NCBI GenBank assembly: GCA_965644315.1
Contig: CBFFRQ010000041.1
Coordinates: forward strand, 1-64,000
DNA from: Caecitellus pseudoparvulus
Taxonomy: Eukaryota; Protista; Bigyra: Bicosoecida
Direction: 5' to 3'
DNA: 64,000 nucleotides
The notes beneath the pieces were generated by a model. The model did not search any database. It saw only the letters and a program-made list of their open reading frames with translations, and was not told the DNA's origin. Positions 1 through 8,100 of the stretch are shown one piece after another. Made by a program: the position numbers and the translations under genes. The first letter of the stretch is position 1. The number at the start of each line of letters is the position of its first letter.

Positions 1-2
1 GA

Positions 3-3000
3 GGAGCGATGGCCCCAGCCTCTCTCAAACTCCGCGTCCAGGAGCAACTCTCAATGCTGGACGAGGATGAGAGCAGCTGTCTGAGGGAGAGAAAGACGGC
101 AATGCGCACCTGCACCCGGCTCACTGCCAAGCTGAGGAAGAAGACCCTTGCTTGTGTCAAAGCGCGCATCAAAGACCTGGCCAAGTCTGACCCCTTCAAG
201 GCACACGTGCACATTCGGCGGCTTTCAGGGAGACCGCGCAACTCGGGCAGTTCGGCAATATCCTCAGTGATGACAGATACAGGATCCCTCAGCTCAGATC
301 CTGATACACTACGACAGGAGGTGGCGAAACAAATGGGTGCCATCATCAGCAAGCCTACTCCCCCTCGCACACCACTGAAGTATGGACTTGGTCGATTCCT
401 TCCTTCATCAACTCTGGAGTTCCAGCCTCCAGAAGACTGGCTTCCAAACACATCAGAGGTCCTCCGCTGTATGACTGCACTGAGCCTGCACCGCCACCCT
501 GGCTCAGGAAACTTCCAGGCGGAGCATATCAAGTACGCAAGCACACCCTTTCGCCTTGCATACGCTCAGACCTTGATCCACACCCTGTCAAGCGGATCGT
601 GCCCTGAACCGTACCATGGTGGAATAGGCACCCTGATCCCGAAGAAGACAAGCGAGGTGGGCCGGCCAGCAACTTACAGACTGATTGTCTGTAGGCCAGC
701 CCCTGCAAAGCTGTTCTTCTCAGCAGTGGCGGCCTCCCTGGAAAAGTGGATGTCCAGTTGGATATCTCCTGAGCAGGCGGGGTTCACAGCGCGACGCAAC
801 ACTCACGAACAAGTCATCGCCCTTCAAGAAGCAGTCAAAGGGCACTTGCGACACTCACCTTCAACTCGACAAGTTCTCATCCTGTTTGTTGATTTCAAAG
901 GGGCGTTTGACTCGGTCAGCCACTCCTGTATCACTGAGATTCTCAGAGATGCAAACGTCCCTGCTCCGCTTCTCAATCTGGTCAACAGCTACATGCATAA
1001 AGCAACCGTTTCCATCAACACGGCAGCAGGACTCTGCCCCCCCCTGCGTGTCACAACGGGTGTCCCACAAGGGGGTGCTCTTTCACCACTGCTTTTCAAG
1101 ATTGCAATCGACGTTGTCTCAAAGCGTTTGGCAGAACTCCCGCAACAAGGGGTCCAAGGCACTGGTATCTCAACTCCTGACGGATACCTCACGCATACGT
1201 TGTATGCAGACGACTTGGCGTGCTTAGCTACTACCCCATCAGGACTAAATCGAATGTTCAAAGAGGTCAAGACGATTGGAGAACGATCAGGGTTGCTGAT
1301 CAACCCCAAGAAGAGTGGGGTCATGATCATCCCTGGTCGTGATGGGACTTCATCACAACACACCAGCGACAGACAGAAGGCCCTATGGAGATCGAAGCAC
1401 CTGAGAAGTGGTGAAGAGCTGAAAGTGAACGGCACGCCCATCACACGAACTCCCACGTACATGTACCTCGGAGTCCCTATGGCTGAAAACCTCATCCGGT
1501 CCAGAGCACTTGCACTTGAGAAGGCGCAGATGGCCTGCACACATGCTGGGTTCTCCTGCGGAGCGGTCTTCTCAGGGGCATGGTTAGGAGTGAAGCTGAA
1601 GAACCAGATTGGAAGAGCCATTGTTACATCCTCAGCCGACTATGTCCTGTGCACACAAGCCAACAGCCTCTTGATACCTCTGCGACAAGTTGACCGGGGT
1701 GTGTCCAAAGCCCTGAGCAAGAGCCTTCTCTGTACACAGAGCTCACTCATGAGGCCACACAGTGCCGCAACACTCACACTATGCGGTATCAAGCCAGCCC
1801 ACATCAGGTCAACACAGCTTCGTGTGAACCTCTTCCGGAAGATGCTTGCACGCCTCCATGACCGCTCCCCCTTGGCAAAGTCCCTCCTCCTCACCATTCC
1901 CCAAGCCATAGACATGCTACCACCAAGCATCTCGACCGCGTTCGTCGTCCAAAGCACTGTACAACTGCAGCACCACCAAGCCAAACAAACGCCACTACCT
2001 TGGGCACTGTTTGGGATCCTTGACCTGTGGATGTATGGATGTCTGCCCGATCTGAACGATCTGAAAGATGCTTGCCTGGCAGAGGGGTCACGAAAGCAGC
2101 AAGCACTCACAGCAGTTCTCACATGTCTGAAGAAGCCACCACACTCTGCGAAGATCGAGGTGATGGGCATTGCGGTACCACCCCTGGCAACTATAGACAC
2201 CCCTCCGCAGTTTCAGTCACTCACATCATGGCAGACACGACACCAGGTGGTTGCCTCATATCTGCATGTGGTGCAAACCAAGCAAAGCATAGCAGCCGGC
2301 TACTCCACATCGTCAAGACTCCCAAGCGCCATCAAACCACGCCCTCATCACGTTGGCATTGGAGCACAACACTTCACAATGCTGCACCCGATCCCATCTG
2401 GGATCAGTCCCCTCCTGTGGGCATGCGCCGAGGACAAGCCTCTCTGCAACATGGTTCATCAGTGGCAGACACTACAACTCTTACATGGAGGGGATGACCC
2501 AACACTCTACTCGACCTGTCCACTGTGTGCCACTGAAGTCCCTGCAGACCTCCACCGCCACGTCATCCTCCACTGCCACAACCTCAACACACCAAGGCGA
2601 GCAGCCATTGAGAGACTTGCAAATCTCCTTCAAGAATGTGAGGACGAGGCAAGCACTCCGAAGACAACTGTCCAACACCCACCTCAAGCTGTGACTAGAG
2701 CCATACGTGCCAGCTTCACTAGCTTGTGCGTTCCGGAAGACCATGAAGAAGCCATGTACCGCCTCATTCTCTGTGGTCAATGGCCATGGTATTGGGGACA
2801 AGGCGATACAGGCCAACAAACATCCAGAGAGCAGGCCAGTGTGTACAGCTTTCCATACATAAGGTTCCACAAGGGGACACAGAAAAGATCTCCACCCCGC
2901 TCTTGGAAGGATCTCCAGCGGCGCGCTGCTGAGTTTGCTGGGGACGCATGGCGAGCAGTCGTGGCAGCCTTTCTTCGAGACAGGCACCCCGATAGACTCC

Positions 3001-3242
3001 ATGTACACTCCCATGCAAGGCATCTCTGGTGGTCAGTGTTCGGCAGAGACACTCCACTCCCTGGGCACAGAGACGCAGATGCCTCTGTAGTCACCAAGCA
3101 TCCCCGACCACCCAAACCTGCAAGAGTTAGACGCTTCTTTCCAGCACGAGCCGGACAAGTACCTTCCCATGAAGGCAAGGTACAGCAAACTTTGCGGAGT
3201 ATGATTCGCCGGAACGTGGACGCTCAACACGACAGCTCCTGA
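3..3242 (+). CDS. LINE-type reverse transcriptase ORF of element A (N-terminally incomplete)
   Basis: Frame is open from the window edge. RT motifs: LIPK, YRLI, EQAGF, LFVDFKGAFDSV, GVPQGGALSPLLF, LYADD, INPKKS, YLGV. C-terminal CPLC...HVILHC zinc motif. Confidence 0.93.
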   Translation, partial: GAMAPASLKLRVQEQLSMLDEDESSCLRERKTAMRTCTRLTAKLRKKTLACVKARIKDLAKSDPFKAHVHIRRLSGRPRNSGSSAISSVMTDTGSLSSDPDTLRQEVAKQMGAIISKPTPPRTPLKYGLGRFLPSSTLEFQPPEDWLPNTSEVLRCMTALSLHRHPGSGNFQAEHIKYASTPFRLAYAQTLIHTLSSGSCPEPYHGGIGTLIPKKTSEVGRPATYRLIVCRPAPAKLFFSAVAASLEKWMSSWISPEQAGFTARRNTHEQVIALQEAVKGHLRHSPSTRQVLILFVDFKGAFDSVSHSCITEILRDANVPAPLLNLVNSYMHKATVSINTAAGLCPPLRVTTGVPQGGALSPLLFKIAIDVVSKRLAELPQQGVQGTGISTPDGYLTHTLYADDLACLATTPSGLNRMFKEVKTIGERSGLLINPKKSGVMIIPGRDGTSSQHTSDRQKALWRSKHLRSGEELKVNGTPITRTPTYMYLGVPMAENLIRSRALALEKAQMACTHAGFSCGAVFSGAWLGVKLKNQIGRAIVTSSADYVLCTQANSLLIPLRQVDRGVSKALSKSLLCTQSSLMRPHSAATLTLCGIKPAHIRSTQLRVNLFRKMLARLHDRSPLAKSLLLTIPQAIDMLPPSISTAFVVQSTVQLQHHQAKQTPLPWALFGILDLWMYGCLPDLNDLKDACLAEGSRKQQALTAVLTCLKKPPHSAKIEVMGIAVPPLATIDTPPQFQSLTSWQTRHQVVASYLHVVQTKQSIAAGYSTSSRLPSAIKPRPHHVGIGAQHFTMLHPIPSGISPLLWACAEDKPLCNMVHQWQTLQLLHGGDDPTLYSTCPLCATEVPADLHRHVILHCHNLNTPRRAAIERLANLLQECEDEASTPKTTVQHPPQAVTRAIRASFTSLCVPEDHEEAMYRLILCGQWPWYWGQGDTGQQTSREQASVYSFPYIRFHKGTQKRSPPRSWKDLQRRAAEFAGDAWRAVVAAFLRDRHPDRLHVHSHARHLWWSVFGRDTPLPGHRDADASVVTKHPRPPKPARVRRFFPARAGQVPSHEGKVQQTLRSMIRRNVDAQHDSS

Positions 3243-3361
3243 CAATCTTCGCTCTCAACCACCCTCTGAAAAGTGTGGCAAGAGTCGTCGTGTCCCCCCC
3301 CACCGACCCACATGCTCCTAGACACCACCTTCGATTCCCCACATTATAACAAACAACGCCC

Positions 3362-4366
3362 TGACAAGCATACACAGGTCATGCACCCTGCCTGCTGCTG
3401 GATCCTGACCATGCAGCACCGCTGCGTGCCGCCCGTCGCCCCCCAACACCTCCTTCATGGCCAATCCGCCGGTCTACAGGCCGCCACACCATCCCATCCG
3501 GGCCACGATACTGACATGACAGCATACACAGGTCATGCACCCTGCCTGCTACTGGACCCTGACCATGCAGCACCGCTGCGTGCCGCCCGTCGCCCCCCAA
3601 CACCTCCTTCATGGCCAATCCGCCGGCCCACAGGCCGCCACACCATCCCATCCGGGCCACGATACTGACATGACAGCATACACAGGTCATGCACCCTGCC
3701 TGCTACTAGACCCTGACCATGCAGCACCGCTGCGTGCCGCCCGTCGCCCTCCAACACCTCCTTCATGGCCAATCCGCCGGCCCACACGCTGCCACACCAT
3801 CCCATCCGGGCCACGATACTGACCTGACAGCATACACAGGTCATGCACCCTGCCTGCTGCTGGATCCTGACCATGCAGCACCGCTGCGTGCCGCCCGTCG
3901 CCCTCCAACACCTCCTTCATGGCCAATCCGCCGGCCCACACGCTGCCACACCATCCCATCCGGGCCACGATACTGACCTGACAGCATACACAGGTCATGC
4001 ACCCTGCCTGCTACTGGACCCTGACCATGCAGCACCGCTGCGTGCCGCCCGTCGCCCTCCAACACCTCCTTCATGGCCAATCCGCCGGCCTACAGGCCGC
4101 CACACCATCCCATCCGGGCCACGATACTGACCTGACAGCATACACAGGTCATGCACCCTGCCTGCTACTGGACCCTGACCATGCAGCACCGCTGCGTGCC
4201 GCCCGTCGCCCTCCAACACCTCCTTCATGGCCAATCCGCCGGCCCACACGCTGCCACACCATCCCATCCGGGCCACGATACTGACCTGACAGCATACACA
4301 GGTCATGCACCCTGCCTGCTACTGGACCCTGACCATGCAGCACCGCTGCGTACCGCCCGACGCCCT
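3362..4366. repeat. 154-bp tandem repeat, about 6.5 near-identical copies
   Basis: The unit gacagcatacacaggtcatgcaccctgcctgc...gggccacgatact recurs every 154 nt (ORF-track echoes at 3379, 3533, 3687, 3841, 3995, 4149) with only a few substitutions between units. Confidence 0.97.
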
Positions 4367-4807
4367 ACTTGCGCTTGTCTGCTGACAGCGCGCCAGCGCT
4401 CACAGCCCCAGCAAGTGGTGAAGTCAGGATCCCGTGACGCGACACGATTAAATGATGCAGGACTTGCACGATGATAACACTTTATCCAAGCAGTTGATCT
4501 GTTCGTGCTGCAACAGTCGCTCCACAGCTCATGGGCTCACCTGTACAATTGCGGAAAACGCACATGGATCCTTCGATTTCCGCACACGCACCTGCTCTCC
4601 AAAGCCATGAAACCGGCGCACGTGCAAAGAGAATGCCCTTTCAGTGACTAATTTTACGTTCCTGCATGAAGTGGTGTTGAGATTGTGACTGAAAAGTGTG
4701 AGCCCCGGTGTGATTGCCTGGTTTGCTGAACTGTGGCACCTACAAGTTCCGTGAATGATGGGAAAATCAGTGTTTCGAGGACCACCAAGACCTTTTCCTT
4801 TTGGAGC

Positions 4808-5000
4808 GGATACTGAAGTATCCTAGCACATGGCGACATATATAACGGACTTAAGTCTGTGTTTGTTGCAGAACCATGCAAATGGTAGCCATGCTGATGT
4901 GAGTGACCGCCTCGCGGTTTGTAACATCTACTGTGAAGCTCCAGCTGAACCGCACATGAACAAGTGTGGAAGTGAAATGCATTACATCTGACTAACCTAA
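4808..5000 (+). ncRNA. Structured 3'-terminal RNA module, copy 0 (divergent; element A)
   Basis: Stems: GGATAC/GTATCC, CATGGC/GCCATG, ACGGAC/GTCTGT, ACCAT-GCAA-ATGGT, GATGT/ACATC, CCGCAC/GTGTGG. Then AATGCATT and CTAACCTAA. Same order as copies 1 and 2, with compensatory changes. Confidence 0.75.
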
Positions 5001-5005
5001 AGAAG

Positions 5006-5198
5006 GGCGGCTCATACAACGGACGTATGTCCGTGATGGCTGCAGACCCACGAGAGTGGGAGCCGCTGTGGTGCCTACTGCAGTGCATTCGTGTGCTGTG
5101 GTACGCAAGGCACCACGAGTGATGCCCAAGCTGTACCGTGCAAGAGTGTGCGGAGGCAAGTTGCAATGCATTGAGTGAGCTAACCCCTAACCTAACCT
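5006..5198 (+). ncRNA. Structured RNA module, copy 1 (5'-truncated B-type copy / pseudo-LTR) ending CTAACCCCTAACCTAACCT
   Basis: 5006-5069 is identical over 64 nt to 10354-10417. The rest is colinear with covarying stems. It lacks the upstream P0 hairpin present in copies 0 and 2. Confidence 0.8.
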
Positions 5199-8100
5199 CG
5201 TGTCATGGAATGTTGCTGGGTCGTGTGGCCGCAACCTCCACAAGGTTCTCATCTGCGCCCAGTCTGTATGCCTCCGATCATCCAGACTGGTCCTCTGCCT
5301 CACGGAACCTGGTGGCCACGGTACACTTGACTCGGAAGTCACGGGGCTCCAGTGTTTCAGGCCCTCCCCCCCAGATCGTCCTCCCGGCCGCAGTGAGGTC
5401 GCACTCCTGGTCGACCGTCGTCTACGCGCCACGCAGATAGTCAACCTTGGACTCGATGGACGCTGTGTGGTCGCCTGCTCCATCCCCATGAAGCCAAGGC
5501 CCCTTGCTGTCATCGCGGCCTACGTGCCCAACTGGCACACGGCCCAGCGGAAGAAGCCACTTGCAGACCCAGACACTAAGCTGCCCCACCGCCAAGAGGT
5601 CTGGGAGCAGCTGGCCAACGCTGTGAAAAGTCTGCGAACCACGCATATGATCTCCCTTATGGGGGACCTCAACTGCCATCCTGGTGATGGAGGACTTCCT
5701 GCTTGGGACGCAGCATGCTGGCAGAACCGTACAGATGTTGCTGACCCCATCCCCGACGTCAAGGAGCTCGCCATCGTGTGCGAGCATGGCAACCTTGAGC
5801 CAGCCGGGCTCGCCGGCTGCTCCACCCATGCTACGAACGGCAGAGCCCTGGACCATATCCTCGTCTGCCCACTGCTCAAGGCTCAGGTCAAGGTGCCACA
5901 CACAGTGACGACAACATTCTCCAGTGCAGGCAAGCAGAATCCGGAGAAGTCGATCTTGAGTGACCACTACCTCCTGTCAGCAACAGTCCAAGTTATGATC
6001 CCTCCACGGCCAAAGGGTGCCCGGCATGCCCACTCTTCCTTCTCCGTGCCGCCATGGTGGGCATCATCTACACGTGAAGGGCGCAGGGCACAGACCATGC
6101 ACAGGCGGCTGCTTGACTCAGCCATCACTGCTTCCCCATCCCCCCAACCCGGCCAAGCTGCAGACGCCCTGCTGTCAGGCCTGGATGATATGGTTGCCGG
6201 TGCTGCCCGACAAGCCCATGCCAAGTGCAAAGTTGTGGCACCCCCATTGCTTCAGGCCCTCGCCGACATCCGGACCCTCAGCTCTGTCAAGAAGCGGATG
6301 ACAGTGAGGACGGGGCGGATCAAGAAGCAACTCCGCAAGCTTCATCGACGCCGGCACCTTCTTCAGCATAGCCAGTCACCCCATGCCCCAGCTGCCCTGC
6401 GTTGCGAGGATGAGCGTAAGCATATGCTCATGGAAGACCTTGCTGCCACTCAGGTTGAAAGGAAGAAGGCGATGCGCAAGTGTACTCGGCTGGTTGCCAA
6501 GAAGCACAAGGCTGCCATGTTTCAGGTCCAGCAGCGCATCCGGGACTTTGCCCGGCTTGACCCCTTCACTGCTCACCTGCATGTGCGGAAGCTGTCCGGC
6601 AGAAGGAGGAAGGGCACCTCGTCGTCCATCCAGTCAGTCATGGACGACAGCGGCACCCTCATCACAGACCCATCACAAGTGCGGGCTGTGGTCAGGGACC
6701 AGATGGCCCAGATCATCAGCCCCCCTCGACGCCAAGTCGTGTCCCTGAAGTTCGGACTGGGTCGGCTGCTCCCACTGGCCCCGACACACATGTCGACTGA
6801 AGCCGCCTGGACCCCGAGCGTGGACCATATCTTGAAGAAGATCCAGTCCCTGAGCCTCCACCGCAACCCTGGCACAGGGCACTACCAGGCTGAGCATGTC
6901 AAGTATGCCAGCGAAGACTTCCGGAAGAGGTACGCTGCCGCTCTTCAACAGGCCATCAGCACCGGGTCATGTCCAAGTCAGTACCACAGTGGGGTGGGGA
7001 CACTCATCCCCAAGACTGCCAGCAAGGCCGGGAGGGTGCAGACATACAGGCTCATTGTCTGCCGTCCCCCCCAGGCCAAGCTCTTCTTCTCGGTCGTGGC
7101 CTCGTGTGTCGAAGACTGGGTGCAGCACTGGATCTCACACGAGCAAGCGGGCTTTACTCACGCCCGCAACACCCACGAGCAGATCCTCGCCTTGCAGGAG
7201 GTGTCCACTGCCCACCTGCGCGCCAAGCCCACTGCCAGTGTCCTTGTCCTTTTCGTGGACTTCAAGAGTGCCTTTGACACTGTCAGCCACGAGGCGATAC
7301 TCGAGATCCTCGAGTCAGCAAACCTCCCACAGCCCCTGCTCAGCTGCGTGAAGGACTACATGCAGCGCGCCACAGTGGCCATCCACACTGGCCATGGTCT
7401 CTGCGACCCCCTCCCAGTCACCAACGGCGTCCCCCAGGGTGGCGCACTGTCACCTCTGCTGTTCAAGGTGGCCATCGATGTGCTCTCTCAACGCCTGAGA
7501 GAGCTGCCAAGTCAGGGAGTGTCAGGGGCAGGAGTGCCGACACCCCGCGGCCACGTCACGCATACTCTTTATGCGGACGACCTTGCTTGCCTTGCCACCA
7601 CCCCTGCTGCCCTCCATCGGATGTTCCTCGAAGTGAAGGCCTTGGGCAGCCGGGTGGGCTTGGCCATCAACCCGCGCAAGTCCGGGGTCATGGTCCTCAC
7701 CGGGGCGCAGCAGGTCAATGGGGTGTCAGCCACGGAGCGGCGGAAGCTCATCTGGCGATCCCGGTGGCTGAGGTCAGGGCAGTCCATGAAGGTCAAGGGG
7801 ACACCCATCCAGCGCACGAGCACCTACTCGTACTTGGGTGTCCCCCTGTCTGAAACTGTCAGCCGAACCCGACTGCTTGCCACGAGGCAGGCCACTCTAT
7901 CCTGCACTCGGGCTGGGTTCGGCTGCGGTGCCCTCCTCAGTAGTGCGTGGCTGAGTCCGATCCTGAAGCAGCGGATCGGCACTGCATCTATCAACAGTGC
8001 CGCCGACTACATCTTGGCGTCCCAGGTCAGCAACTCGGTGCTGCCTTTGCGGGACGTCGACCGTGGACTTGCCATCGCCTTCAGCAAGGCCCAGCTGGGG

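Larger units (their letters stand above)
1..5000 (+). mobile_element. Non-LTR retrotransposon, element A (5' part outside window): RT ORF, 154-bp tandem array, structured 3' module ending CTAACCTAA
   Basis: RT ORF 9..3242 is colinear with element B. Region 4428-5000 shares sequence blocks and covarying stems with the 3' region of element B. No poly(A) tail or target-site duplication is visible. Confidence 0.85.

Noticed and set aside
3362-4366. CRISPR array or coding repeats (many ORFs on both strands)
   Set aside because: The units are contiguous and near-identical with no unique spacers and no cas genes. The 154-nt period is not a multiple of 3, so the ORFs are repeat artefacts.
4890-4980. 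Hammerhead ribozyme or group I / lariat-capping core
   Set aside because: No CUGANGA plus GAAA core conserved across copies, and no P7-forming R/S elements.
4992-5002. CTAAC as a spliceosomal branch point followed by AG
   Set aside because: A nearby AG exists after copies 0 and 2 but not copy 1, and the motif is tandemly repeated like telomeric DNA. Not fully excluded.
5006-5130. HDV-like 5' ribozyme as in R2/L1Tc elements
   Set aside because: P1 with a G-U first pair is suggestive, but I cannot find the pyrimidine-rich L3, the P1.1 GG, a J4/2 catalytic C or a P2 partner. Homology upstream of copies 0 and 2 places the module at 3' ends.
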